A stretch of 18,659 bases of DNA from an uncultured bacterium (GCA_964510165.1 CAZEBC010000036.1:1-18659); one strand, 5' to 3'; counted from the stretch's first letter, positions 8,115 through 17,219 are shown. Program-made: numbers and translations. Notes: generated by a model from the letters alone, not told the origin.

Positions 8115-9194
8115 ATGGACCGCTGGAAGGAAAAGCTGGCCTTCGCCGCCCTCATCCTCGCGCTTCTGATACCGATTTGCGTGACGCAGGCCGGCATCGA
8201 CACGGACGAAGCCAAGGTGGCCTTTTTAAGATGGATAGACAACCAGGAGGCCTACCAGGGACAGGTGCTCCAAAGAATCGTCAGCGAGGACGAAGAACGC
8301 TCGACGGAGGAAGCAGAGCTGTTCAAGCAGGTCGAGGAACTTGGATATTCGCTGAACCCCGACTTCAACAATCTGGCAGTAAAAGAAAAATGGCAAGTGA
8401 TAAACGACCCCCGCTTCCGCGAACCTTATGAGACATTCCAGAACCTGGCAAGACAGAGAAAACTGAGCCTCCTCGAAGGAGAAATCGAGTGGGCGAATCC
8501 CGATGTCAGCGCCAACGTGGGCGCGCTCGTGCTCGGGTTCCGCAAGCTGGTCGCCGACATGTTATGGCTGAAGGTTGACGAGTATTGGCACTTGGGGCTC
8601 GTCGAACGAATGCTTCCCATGATGCAGACCGTCGTTGCGCTTGACCCCCACTTCATCGAGGCCTACGCCCTAGGCGGCTGGCATCTCGCCTACAATGTCG
8701 CGATCATGTTCGGCTCCAAGGAGGAGCAGCAGAAATACATCGACCAGGGAATCAAGTTCCTCGAACAAGGCATAAAGAACAATCCGCGCAGCTCAAAGCT
8801 TTACGCTGAACTCGGGTTCACCATGTATTTCCGCAAGTTGAGCGACTGGGAAAAGGCCGCCTATTATCTGGGAGAAGCGGTCAGGTTCGATCACGAACCG
8901 TGGGTTGAGCGCGCTTACGGGCTTTCTCTGGAACGATTGGGCAAAGAGGAAAAAGCGTTGGCGGTCTTCGAGGATTACGACCGCAGACACCCTGAGTTCG
9001 TCGCTCAGAGAAGCTCAATTGCGCGGCTGCGCAAGAAGCTGGAGGCCCGAAAACTCGAAGAAGCCGGACACCTTGAGCAGGCTTTTGAAATATGGAAATT
9101 CCTGAAGGAAGATGACCCGGGCGACGTAATTGCGCCGCGAGAAGTTCTAAGGCTGCGCGCGATAGTGCAGGGAAGACAGGATGTCTCCTCCTGA
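8115..9194 (+). CDS. Membrane-anchored/exported TPR-like protein associated with the ABC transporter
   Basis: N-terminal hydrophobic segment; LGFRKLVADMLWLK, LDPHFIEAYALGGWHLAYN, GIKFLEQGIKNNP and further TPR-like helices; starts 3 nt after the permease stop. Confidence 0.75.
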   Translation: MDRWKEKLAFAALILALLIPICVTQAGIDTDEAKVAFLRWIDNQEAYQGQVLQRIVSEDEERSTEEAELFKQVEELGYSLNPDFNNLAVKEKWQVINDPRFREPYETFQNLARQRKLSLLEGEIEWANPDVSANVGALVLGFRKLVADMLWLKVDEYWHLGLVERMLPMMQTVVALDPHFIEAYALGGWHLAYNVAIMFGSKEEQQKYIDQGIKFLEQGIKNNPRSSKLYAELGFTMYFRKLSDWEKAAYYLGEAVRFDHEPWVERAYGLSLERLGKEEKALAVFEDYDRRHPEFVAQRSSIARLRKKLEARKLEEAGHLEQAFEIWKFLKEDDPGDVIAPREVLRLRAIVQGRQDVSS

Positions 9195-9200
9195 GGAGCC

Positions 9201-9237
9201 AAATTGGGAACACCATGCCTCATAGTGTCCCCAATTT
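9201..9237. repeat. 37-bp palindromic element, copy 1 (GGGRACA...TGTCCCC family)
   Basis: aaattgggaacac (9201-9213) / gtgtccccaattt (9225-9237), 12 of 13 paired; 28/37 identical to 14017-14053. Confidence 0.7.
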
Positions 9238-9301
9238 AGCGGACGAATCCCGGCGAAATTTCGAAACCTATCGCCGTTTACGACAAGGCCGCCGACAAGA
9301 A

Positions 9302-9982
9302 ATGAGCGTGAAGGAGAACCTGCAGCGACTGCATGAACGAATCGCTCGGGCGGCCGATCGAGCAGGCCGAAACCCCGCCGACATCCAACTCGTGGTCGTA
9401 ACAAAAACCGTGGAGGTCGACAAGATAAAGGAAGCTCTCGACTGCGGTGTTAGAATAATAGGGGAAAGCAGAATCCACGAGGCCGCCGAGAAGCAGCCTC
9501 ACATCGGTCGCTCCGTACAGTGGCACATGGTGGGCCACCTGCAATCCCGAAAAGCAAGGCAGGCCGTCGAGCTTTTCGATATGGTCCAGTCGGTGGAAAG
9601 CATCTCCACCGCCCGGGCCTTGCAGAAAAGGTGCGCTGAAGCTGGCCTCACGATGCCTATTCTTATTGAGATCAACACTTCAGGAGAGGAACAGAAGTAC
9701 GGTATTCAGCCGGAACAAGCCCAAGAGTTTATCCGAGAGGTGACGGAAATGGACAGGCTCAGAATCAGAGGCCTGATGACCATGGCCGCGTTCGTGCCCG
9801 ACCCCGAGGCGGCTCGCCCGTCATTTCGGCGGCTCCGGCAGCTGGCTGAGATGCTGCGCCAGGAACATATCGAACGCGCCGGCCTTGAAATACTCTCGAT
9901 GGGAATGAGCAACGATTTCGAGGTGGCCATACAAGAAGGGGCCACCATGCTGCGTATCGGTACGGCGATTTTCGCGGAATAG
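9302..9982 (+). CDS. yggS: YggS family pyridoxal phosphate homeostasis protein (PLPBP)
   Basis: VVVTKT (PLP lysine), [52 protein letters not shown]. Start at ATG 9302 (MSVKENL) fits the family N-terminus. Confidence 0.95.
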   Translation: MSVKENLQRLHERIARAADRAGRNPADIQLVVVTKTVEVDKIKEALDCGVRIIGESRIHEAAEKQPHIGRSVQWHMVGHLQSRKARQAVELFDMVQSVESISTARALQKRCAEAGLTMPILIEINTSGEEQKYGIQPEQAQEFIREVTEMDRLRIRGLMTMAAFVPDPEAARPSFRRLRQLAEMLRQEHIERAGLEILSMGMSNDFEVAIQEGATMLRIGTAIFAE

Positions 9983-9992
9983 AAAGCCGGTC

Positions 9993-11009
9993 ATGAAAGA
10001 AGAACTCGAACAGATCAGGCGCGAGGTCCTCCAAAAAATTGATGAATGCCAAGACCTCTCCCAACTTAACCAAATCCATGTGACCTACCTCGGGCGCAAG
10101 GGCGTCATCACCCGCCAGCTTCGTCAGATGGGTTCGCTCCCTCCCGAGGCGCGCCCCGCCTTCGGCAAACTTGTGAACGAACTCAAAGAACAGGCAGAGC
10201 AGTCAATCGAGTCGAAACAAGTCGCCCTTGAGCGGGCGGAAGTCGAGAAAAAACTGAAGAGCGAGGCCCTTGACGTGACGCTTCCTGGCGTCAGGCCCGA
10301 GATTGGGCGTCTTCATCCGATTACCATAGTCTTCGGAGAAATTCGCACTATATTCGAACAACTGGGGTTCCAGGTGGTAACCGGCCCCGAGGTCGAGACT
10401 GAATACTATAACTTCGAGGCGCTCAACATGCCGAAGGACCACCCAGCAAGGGACATGCAGGACACCTTCTACTTAAACGAGGAGATTCTCCTGCGCACCC
10501 ATACCTCCCCCGTCCAGATACGCGTCATGTCCACTCAGAAGCCGCCTCTCAGGGTCATTGCCCCGGGCAAGGTGTTCAGGCGTGACTCCGACGTCACCCA
10601 TAGCCCCATGTTCCACCAGGTGGAAGGGTTCGCCGTCGACACAAACATCACGCTCGGCGACCTCAAAGGGGTGCTCGTGGCGTTCATACACAGACTGTAT
10701 GGACCGCAGACCCATCTCCGGTTCCGACCCAGCTTCTTTCCCTTCACCGAGCCGAGCGCCGAGGTTGATGTCCAGTGCGTCATCTGTGGTGGGACAGGCT
10801 GCCGAACATGTTCGCAGTCCGGCTGGCTTGAGATTCTAGGCTCCGGCATGATACACCCGAAAGTGTTTGAAGCGGTCGGCTACGATCCGGAGCAATACAC
10901 CGGTTTCGCGTTCGGGATGGGCGTCGACCGTCTGGCCATGCTCAAGTACGGAATCGAGGATATACGCCTCCTCTACGAGAACAACATCAAGTTCCTTGAA
11001 CAGTTTTGA
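9993..11009 (+). CDS. pheS: Phenylalanine--tRNA ligase alpha subunit
   Basis: YLGRKG, NFEALNMPKDHPARDMQDTFY, LLRTHTSPVQIR, HSPMFHQVEG, FRPSFFPFTEPSAE, GFAFGMGVDR. Confidence 0.98.
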   Translation: MKEELEQIRREVLQKIDECQDLSQLNQIHVTYLGRKGVITRQLRQMGSLPPEARPAFGKLVNELKEQAEQSIESKQVALERAEVEKKLKSEALDVTLPGVRPEIGRLHPITIVFGEIRTIFEQLGFQVVTGPEVETEYYNFEALNMPKDHPARDMQDTFYLNEEILLRTHTSPVQIRVMSTQKPPLRVIAPGKVFRRDSDVTHSPMFHQVEGFAVDTNITLGDLKGVLVAFIHRLYGPQTHLRFRPSFFPFTEPSAEVDVQCVICGGTGCRTCSQSGWLEILGSGMIHPKVFEAVGYDPEQYTGFAFGMGVDRLAMLKYGIEDIRLLYENNIKFLEQF

Positions 11010-11049
11010 TGTCTAAACCCCGGCACAAGTTGAAAGAAAACCAAAGGCG

Positions 11050-13437
11050 ATGAGAGTTTCCCTCAACTGGTTGAAAGAATTCGTACCGATAACGATCCCC
11101 GCGCGTGAGGTCGCATATCGCCTCACGATGGGCGGAGTCGAAGTCGAAGCCGTCGAGGAAATCAAGCCCGGCTTCGACAATGTGGTGGTGGGGCGCATCC
11201 TCAAGGTCACGCCCCACCCGAACGCCGACAAGCTCATTCTCTGCGAGGTTGACGCCGGCGGTTCAAACCACCTGAAGATCGTCTGCGGAGCCCCCAACTT
11301 GAAGGAGGGCGACTTCGTGCCGGTGGCGCTGCCCGGCGCAAGCCTTGCCGGAGGACTCAAGGTCAAGGAAGCCAAAATTCGCGGCGAATCGTCGCGGGGC
11401 ATGCTCTGTTCCGAGCGCGAACTCGGCATAAGCGATGACCACAGCGGCATCATGATCCTGCCGCCAGGTCTTGAGACCGGCAGCGGCCTGGACGAATCGC
11501 TCGGCCTGTCCGATATCATCCTCGAACTCGGCGTGACCCCCAATCGGCCCGACTGCTTGAGCGTGCTCGGCGTGGCGCGCGAGGTCGCCGCGTTGACGAG
11601 CGCAAGATGCGTTCCGCCGAAGGTCCGGGTCCCTGAAACCGGCGGGGAAATCGGCTCGCTCAGTTCCGTCACGATCGAGGACCCCGTTGGATGCCCGCGG
11701 TACGCCGCGCGCATCGTCTCCGAAGTCACGGTCAAGCCTTCGCCCGCGTGGATGCAGCGGCGGCTCGTCAAGGCGGGCCTCAGGCCCATCAATAACGTTG
11801 TTGACGTCACCAACTACGTCCTGCTCGAGCTCGGACATCCGCTTCACGCCTTCGATTACGAAAAACTCGAAGAGAACCGGATCGTTGTCAGGCGCGCCCG
11901 ACAGGGAGAATCCATAGTCACCCTCGACGGCGCTGCCCGCGAACTCACTCCCCAAATGCTCGTCATCGCCGACGCCGAACGTCCCGTCGCCATTGCCGGC
12001 ATCATGGGAGGCGCCAACACTGAAGTCACCGAATTGACCACAACGGTCCTCATTGAATCGGCATATTTTGATCCCGTTACCATCCGGCGAACATCCAAAG
12101 CGCTCGGCTTGTCTACCGAAGCTTCGTATCGGTTCGAGCGAGGGGCCGACCCCGAAATGGTCACCCTCGCCCTCGACCGCGCCGCCGCCCTTATGGCCGA
12201 ACTGGCCGACGGTAAAGCTGCGCGCGGTCTCATTGACCGGTACCCGCGAAAGTTCTCCCAGCGAATCATCGACCTGAGATATGCGCGCCTGAAGCGCATC
12301 CTCGGCATTGACATTCCTCCCGAACGCGTCTCCTCCATCCTCGCTTCCCTCGGTTTCGAAGTCGTCTCGCAACAAAGCGAAAAGATGTGCGTGCGCACCG
12401 TGAGCTGTCGCCCCGACGTTACCGCCGAGATCGACCTGATCGAGGAAGTCGCACGGATTCATGGATATGATAAGATTCAGGCCACCTATCCGCAGGATAG
12501 CACCGTGATGGAGCGCGGCCCGCAGGCGCGTTCGTCCGAGGCCGACTGCCGAGGCGTGCTCATGAGTTCCGGATTCTTCGAAATCATCACCTTCAGCTTC
12601 ACGTCGCCTGAACTCCTGACCGAATTCTCGAGTGCGACCCCGATGGCGATGAAGAATCCGCTCACCGAAGACCAGAGCGTGCTGCGTACAACCTTGATGC
12701 CGGGACTCATTCAAACGTTGCGCACCAACGTCAGCGCTGGAAACAAGGACGTCAAGATTTTCGAGGTCGGCAAGGTATACTGGCCCGCGCACGGTCAGCC
12801 CCTGCCGGACGAACGCACCTATGTGGCCGCGGCGATGACGGGGCTTTCCCATCCAATCAACTGGAAAACCAAGCCAGCCGAGGTTGACTTCTTCGACATC
12901 AAGGGAGTAGCGGAAACTCTGGTCGAATCCCTGGGGTACGCGTGTGCAATGGTCAAGGCTTCTCACCCCGGTTTCCATCCGACCGTCTGCGCGGATATAA
13001 CGGTCGCCGGCAAGCCCGTTGGCAAGGTCGGAGAAGTCCATCCCGAATTGATCCGGAAATATGACATTAAACAGAAGGTGTGCCTGTTCGAGATAGACCT
13101 CGCTGCGCTCAAACCCAGAGCCGCTCTCGCCGTCACGTGTGAAAAGGTTTCCCGCTACCCATATTCCGACCGCGACCTCGCGGTAGTCATTGACCAGCAT
13201 ATAGAGGCAGCCGCACTCAAGGCGACGATCCAGGAGGTCGGCGGCGAAACGCTCAGACGGACGCTTCTTTTCGACGTATACCGCGGAAAGCAGATTGAGC
13301 CCGACAAGAAGAGCCTCGCGTTCAGCCTCAGATTCCAGAGCGACACTCGCACGCTCACCGACGATGAGATAACCGATGCCTTCAACCGAATCGTAGCCGA
13401 ACTGGAGAAACGCTTCGGAGCCACGCTCAGGATGTGA
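11050..13437 (+). CDS. pheT: Phenylalanine--tRNA ligase beta subunit
   Basis: MRVSLNWLKEF, HPNADKL, IVCGAPN, GMLCSERELG, TPNRPDCLS, PINNVVDVTNY, SYRFERG, DLIEEVARIHGYD and C-terminal FDX-ACB (RDLAVV, FDVYRG, KKSLAF); follows pheS. Confidence 0.98.
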   Translation: MRVSLNWLKEFVPITIPAREVAYRLTMGGVEVEAVEEIKPGFDNVVVGRILKVTPHPNADKLILCEVDAGGSNHLKIVCGAPNLKEGDFVPVALPGASLAGGLKVKEAKIRGESSRGMLCSERELGISDDHSGIMILPPGLETGSGLDESLGLSDIILELGVTPNRPDCLSVLGVAREVAALTSARCVPPKVRVPETGGEIGSLSSVTIEDPVGCPRYAARIVSEVTVKPSPAWMQRRLVKAGLRPINNVVDVTNYVLLELGHPLHAFDYEKLEENRIVVRRARQGESIVTLDGAARELTPQMLVIADAERPVAIAGIMGGANTEVTELTTTVLIESAYFDPVTIRRTSKALGLSTEASYRFERGADPEMVTLALDRAAALMAELADGKAARGLIDRYPRKFSQRIIDLRYARLKRILGIDIPPERVSSILASLGFEVVSQQSEKMCVRTVSCRPDVTAEIDLIEEVARIHGYDKIQATYPQDSTVMERGPQARSSEADCRGVLMSSGFFEIITFSFTSPELLTEFSSATPMAMKNPLTEDQSVLRTTLMPGLIQTLRTNVSAGNKDVKIFEVGKVYWPAHGQPLPDERTYVAAAMTGLSHPINWKTKPAEVDFFDIKGVAETLVESLGYACAMVKASHPGFHPTVCADITVAGKPVGKVGEVHPELIRKYDIKQKVCLFEIDLAALKPRAALAVTCEKVSRYPYSDRDLAVVIDQHIEAAALKATIQEVGGETLRRTLLFDVYRGKQIEPDKKSLAFSLRFQSDTRTLTDDEITDAFNRIVAELEKRFGATLRM

Positions 13438-13444
13438 TGCAATT

Positions 13445-13732
13445 ATGGAAGAAAAATTGTCGCGGCTCGAGGCTCAAATGAAAAGACTCCTCGAAGAATT
13501 CCGTGAAACGCGCGAGAAAAATGACGAGCTCCGCAAGCAAAACGAACGGCTCCTCAACGACCTCCTCGAGAAAAGCCGCCAACTCGACGTCCTTGAGGAG
13601 CGCGCGGCCATGCTTATCCAAAACCAGGCCGAAAAGCGAAAATTGATTGAGCAGCGCGACCGTATCCGCGTACAGGTGCGCGAACTCCTCGACAGAATTC
13701 GCGCCCTCAAAGTCCGTGAGGACAAGACATGA
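13445..13732 (+). CDS. Coiled-coil protein, ZapB-like
   Basis: 95 aa heptad-rich, highly charged; ends with RDRIRVQVRELLDRI; ATGA overlap with zapA, the usual position of ZapB-like partners. Confidence 0.7.
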   Translation: MEEKLSRLEAQMKRLLEEFRETREKNDELRKQNERLLNDLLEKSRQLDVLEERAAMLIQNQAEKRKLIEQRDRIRVQVRELLDRIRALKVREDKT

Positions 13733-14019
13733 CCCGACAAACCACCGTCAAGGTCTCCATCCACGGGGCCGAGTTCAGCTTCAAGACCGATGACCCCGAA
13801 TATATCAAACAACTTGCCACCTTCGTTGACGAGCAGATACGCCGCGTCGAGGCGACGGGAAAAATCGCTTCCCCAAGCAAGGCGATTACCCTCGCCGCAT
13901 TCAATATCGCCGACGAACTCTTCAGGCTCCGAGCCCAAAAAGAAGAATTGGAAAAGAAACTTGCCGAACGGCTCGATGCCATGATCGCAATGACCGAGCA
14001 GCAAGACCCGGACATTTAA
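13729..14019 (+). CDS. zapA: Cell division protein ZapA
   Basis: VKVSIHGAEF, YIKQLATFVDEQI, ITLAAFNIADELF followed by a C-terminal coiled coil; downstream of pheT. Confidence 0.92.
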   Translation: MTRQTTVKVSIHGAEFSFKTDDPEYIKQLATFVDEQIRRVEATGKIASPSKAITLAAFNIADELFRLRAQKEELEKKLAERLDAMIAMTEQQDPDI

Positions 14020-14057
14020 TCGGGGACATGATGCTTCATCGTGTCCCCGATTAAATG
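14013..14057. repeat. Long palindrome overlapping the zapA stop (copy 2 of the 37-bp element; possible terminator or processing site)
   Basis: catttaatcggggacatgatg-ctt-catcgtgtccccgattaaatg: 21-bp stem with a single G-T pair and a 3-nt loop; no U-tract after the stem on the plus strand. Confidence 0.75.
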
Positions 14058-14068
14058 GGGCTCCGGAT

Positions 14069-14148
14069 TCCCGCAAACTCGTGGGGGCGGCCCTGGGTGA
14101 TCGCCCTCTATTCTCACCCACCTTGTGGGCCTCCCTACAATTGCGGGA
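14069..14148. repeat. Imperfect long hairpin, probably a degenerate GTAG-type REP doublet
   Basis: Nested pairings tcccgcaa/ttgcggga, gtgggg/ccctac, ggccc/gggcc, tgggtga/tcaccca; inner arms start GTGGGGGCGGCCC and end CCCTAC. Confidence 0.55.
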
Positions 14149-14170
14149 GAGTCTCATGAAAGGACCCAAA

Positions 14171-15352
14171 ATGCTCCACGACCTCGCGCTTGAAGGCCTT
14201 AAAGTGCTCGACCTCACTCGCCTGCTCCCCGGCGGCTACTGCACCCTGCTCCTCGCGGACATGGGCGCCGACGTGCTCAAGGTAGAAGACCCGTTCGGCG
14301 GCGACTACGTGCGCTGGTTCCCTCCAAAAATCAAGGAGGAAAGCGCCTATTTCCTCGCAGTCAACCGGAACAAGAAGAGCATGAAGCTCAACCTGAAGCA
14401 TCAGCGCGGCAAGGAAATCCTCAAGAGGCTGGCCGAGCGATACGACGTGCTGGTCGAGGGATTCCGCCCCGGCGTGATGGACAATCTCCGCCTCGGCTAT
14501 GAGGAACTCAGCGCCGTCAATCCCCGAATCATCTACTGCTCGATCTCCGGCTACGGCCAGACCGGGCCCTACAGCCAACGGGTCGGCCACGATATCAATT
14601 ACATCGGCGTCGCTGGCATCCTCGGCCTCACAGGCTATAAGGACCGGCCCCCTGTCGTACCGGTCGTCCCTATCGCTGATTTCGGCGGCGGCATGCTCGC
14701 AGCCCTCGGCATCATGATGGCGCTCCATCACCGCGACCGATCCGGCCGCGGCCAGTATGTGGACATCTCGATGACGGATGCCGTCGCCTCCTGGATGGCC
14801 AACGTGGCCGCAAAATACTTTGTCTCCAATGAAGCCGCCGGACGCGGCGAATTCGAACTCGCTGGGGGCCTTATCTGCTACCGCACATACGAGACCAGGG
14901 ACGGCCGACATCTCTCCGTCGGCGCGCTCGAACCCAAGTTCTGGACCAATTTCTGCCGACTCATCGAGCGAGAAGACCTGATAGACGCCCAACTCGATAT
15001 CCGCGAAGACGGAAAGCTTCAAAAGGAGATCGAAACTGTCTTCAAGAGCAAGACCCTCGATGAATGGACTGCGCTCCTGCAAGGGCGAGACACCTGCATC
15101 GAAAAGATCAACACCGTCGCCGAAGCGATGAACGACCCGCAGATGCTTCACCGCCAAATGGTCGTCGAGTCCGACCATCCGACCGAGGGCACGATCCGCT
15201 CAATAGGAATTCCCATAAAATTTTCAGCCACGCCTGGGTGCGTTGACCGACTCCCCGCCCCAGCCTATGGCCAGCATACTCAAGAAGTGCTGAAAAGCCT
15301 GGGCTTCACCCCAAACGACATCGAACAATTGGCGAACGAAGAAGTGATCTAA
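14171..15352 (+). CDS. CaiB/BaiF class III CoA-transferase (alpha-methylacyl-CoA racemase-like)
   Basis: LEGLKVLDLTRLLPG, LADMGADVLKVE, NRNKKS, EGFRPGVM, CSISGYGQTGP, GHDINY, GRGQYVDISM, GQHTQEVL. Start at 14171 (AAAGGA upstream); 14156 is an alternative. Confidence 0.93.
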   Translation: MLHDLALEGLKVLDLTRLLPGGYCTLLLADMGADVLKVEDPFGGDYVRWFPPKIKEESAYFLAVNRNKKSMKLNLKHQRGKEILKRLAERYDVLVEGFRPGVMDNLRLGYEELSAVNPRIIYCSISGYGQTGPYSQRVGHDINYIGVAGILGLTGYKDRPPVVPVVPIADFGGGMLAALGIMMALHHRDRSGRGQYVDISMTDAVASWMANVAAKYFVSNEAAGRGEFELAGGLICYRTYETRDGRHLSVGALEPKFWTNFCRLIEREDLIDAQLDIREDGKLQKEIETVFKSKTLDEWTALLQGRDTCIEKINTVAEAMNDPQMLHRQMVVESDHPTEGTIRSIGIPIKFSATPGCVDRLPAPAYGQHTQEVLKSLGFTPNDIEQLANEEVI

Positions 15353-15458
15353 ACTGCTCGTCGTCTCCCGGCTGTAAGTGTGCATTCGTTGCCTCTACGT
15401 GAGCTCTCACCACCCGCTTTCAACAACATTCATTGACAAAAACCGGGGCGTTGTATTC

Positions 15459-15487
15459 TTGGATTTCCATCGGAAATATGATAGAAT
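15459..15487 (+). promoter_or_regulatory. Probable extended -10 promoter for the acyl-CoA ligase
   Basis: TTGGAT (15459-15464), 17-bp spacer, TG-a-TAGAAT (15479-15487); the palindrome atttcc-atc-ggaaat lies over the spacer. Confidence 0.55.
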
Positions 15488-15544
15488 CGGCGCGCACGGG
15501 ACGTTAACTTCCCGGTCAGGGTTTAATAATCTCAGAGGTGTTGC

Positions 15545-17197
15545 ATGGAACGTCCATGGTATCAGCATTATGACTATTTTGTGCCCCCCACGCTCAGGTA
15601 TCCGAAGGTGCCCGCTCATTTCCTTCTCGATCTCGCCGCCTCGAAATTTAAAGACGCTCCCGCAACGGAGTTCTACGGAGCGGTGCTGAGCTACCGCGAA
15701 TTGAGAAGCCAGGCGGTCAAGCTGGCGACGGCGCTCGTGGACATGGGCATCAAAAAGGGCGACCGCGTCGGACTTATGCTTCCAAATTGTCCGCAGATCA
15801 TCATCTCCTATTACGCCGTGCTTCGGATCGGCGCGATAGTTGTCAATGTGAACCCCTTATACACTGAACGCGAACTCGAGCATCAGGCGAATGACAGCGG
15901 GATGGAAACCATCTTCTGTCTCGATATGCACGTGGACAAGGTGCGCGCCATCAAGCCGAAGACCTCCATCAATAACATCGTAGTCACCCGCGTAACCGAT
16001 TACATGATGCCGGAGATGAGCGCGGCAGCCGGGCCTTACGAGCTTGAGTCCGGCGAGTGCGGTTTTCTCGATTTGGTCAAGAGCGCCGGCAACCGGATAC
16101 CGCCCGTGGTCGAGATAAACATTGCGGAGCCGGCGGTGCTCCAATATACCGGCGGCACCACGGGTCTGAGCAAAGGCGCCACGCTGTCTCACAAGAACAT
16201 CGTCTCGAACACGCTTCAGGCCGCCATGTGGGCGAAGGAACTCATGCCGCCCGACCAACAGGTGTACGTCGTCGTGATTCCGATCTTCCATTCCTACGGA
16301 ATGACCTGCGGAATGAACACCGGCATCTTTAACGGCGCCCGCATGATACTCATCCCCCGCTTCGACATTGACGACCTGATGAACGCCTTCGAATCGCACG
16401 ACGTCACTTATTTCCCCGGCGTGCCCACATTGTTCACGGCGATATTGAATCATCCCCGCGCCGCCGAGGCGCAGCTTGACAAGATCGCCCTGTTCAACTC
16501 GGGATCGGCGCCGCTCCCCATCGAGACGATCAACGGCATCACGGCCCTCGGCATCTCGATGACCGAGGGATACGGGCTGAGCGAGGCCTCGCCCGTCACG
16601 CATTCAACTCCCATTCTCGGCATCCGCAAGCCGGGCAGCATCGGCATCCCGTTCCCCGACACCGACTGCAAGATCGTGGACCCGGAGGACTGGGAAAAGG
16701 AACTTGAGATCGGCCAGGAAGGCGAACTTATCATCAAAGGGCCGCAGGTCATGCTCGGGTACTGGAACAATCCCAAGGAGACCGAAGTAACGCTGAAGGA
16801 CGGCTGGCTCCTCACCGGCGACATCGCGCGCATGGACGAGGACGGCTACTTCTACATCGTTGACCGCAAGAAAGACCTCATCATCGCCGGCGGATACAAC
16901 ATCTACCCGCGCGAGGTTGACGAAGTCCTGTTCGCACACCCGAAGGTGCTCGAGGCCTGTTCGGTCGGCGTTCCTCACGAGTATCGCGGCGAGACCGTCA
17001 AAGCCTTCATCGTCCTCCGCGAGGGCGAAACTGCGACCGAAGAGGAAATCGTCGCCTACTGCAAGCAGAACCTCGCCGCGTACAAGGTCCCCAAGATCAT
17101 CGAGTTCCGCGATTCGCTGCCCAAGACTGCAGTCGGCAAGATCCTTCGCAAGGAACTCCGCACAGAAGAACTCGCCAAACTCAAGAAGAAGAAATAA
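15545..17197 (+). CDS. fadD: Long-chain-fatty-acid--CoA ligase (FadD/LcfA-like ANL family)
   Basis: LQYTGGTTGLSKG P-loop, EGYGLSEASP, KGPQVMLGYW, GWLLTGDIARMDEDGYFYIVDRKKD, LPKTAVGKILR; GAGGTG Shine-Dalgarno. Confidence 0.93.
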   Translation: MERPWYQHYDYFVPPTLRYPKVPAHFLLDLAASKFKDAPATEFYGAVLSYRELRSQAVKLATALVDMGIKKGDRVGLMLPNCPQIIISYYAVLRIGAIVVNVNPLYTERELEHQANDSGMETIFCLDMHVDKVRAIKPKTSINNIVVTRVTDYMMPEMSAAAGPYELESGECGFLDLVKSAGNRIPPVVEINIAEPAVLQYTGGTTGLSKGATLSHKNIVSNTLQAAMWAKELMPPDQQVYVVVIPIFHSYGMTCGMNTGIFNGARMILIPRFDIDDLMNAFESHDVTYFPGVPTLFTAILNHPRAAEAQLDKIALFNSGSAPLPIETINGITALGISMTEGYGLSEASPVTHSTPILGIRKPGSIGIPFPDTDCKIVDPEDWEKELEIGQEGELIIKGPQVMLGYWNNPKETEVTLKDGWLLTGDIARMDEDGYFYIVDRKKDLIIAGGYNIYPREVDEVLFAHPKVLEACSVGVPHEYRGETVKAFIVLREGETATEEEIVAYCKQNLAAYKVPKIIEFRDSLPKTAVGKILRKELRTEELAKLKKKK

Positions 17198-17219
17198 CCT
17201 GGAATCTCCAGTCCCGTTT

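Noticed and set aside
9215..9301. 29-aa N-terminal extension of YggS
   Set aside because: Starts inside the palindromic repeat; family-like sequence begins at Met30.
10775..10815. CxxCxxxGCxxC insert in PheS
   Set aside because: Common, well-known feature of many bacterial PheS proteins.
11263..13200. 645-aa minus-strand ORF
   Set aside because: Antisense to pheT; explained by codon bias in a GC-rich gene, no recognisable domain. The same applies to the antisense ORFs over the CoA-transferase and acyl-CoA ligase.
14081..14155. GTG-start extension of the CoA-transferase
   Set aside because: Runs through the hairpin/repeat; family motif begins after ATG 14156/14171.
15433..15459. TTGACA...TATTCT promoter
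   Set aside because: Only a 15-bp spacer; the extended -10 candidate just downstream fits better.
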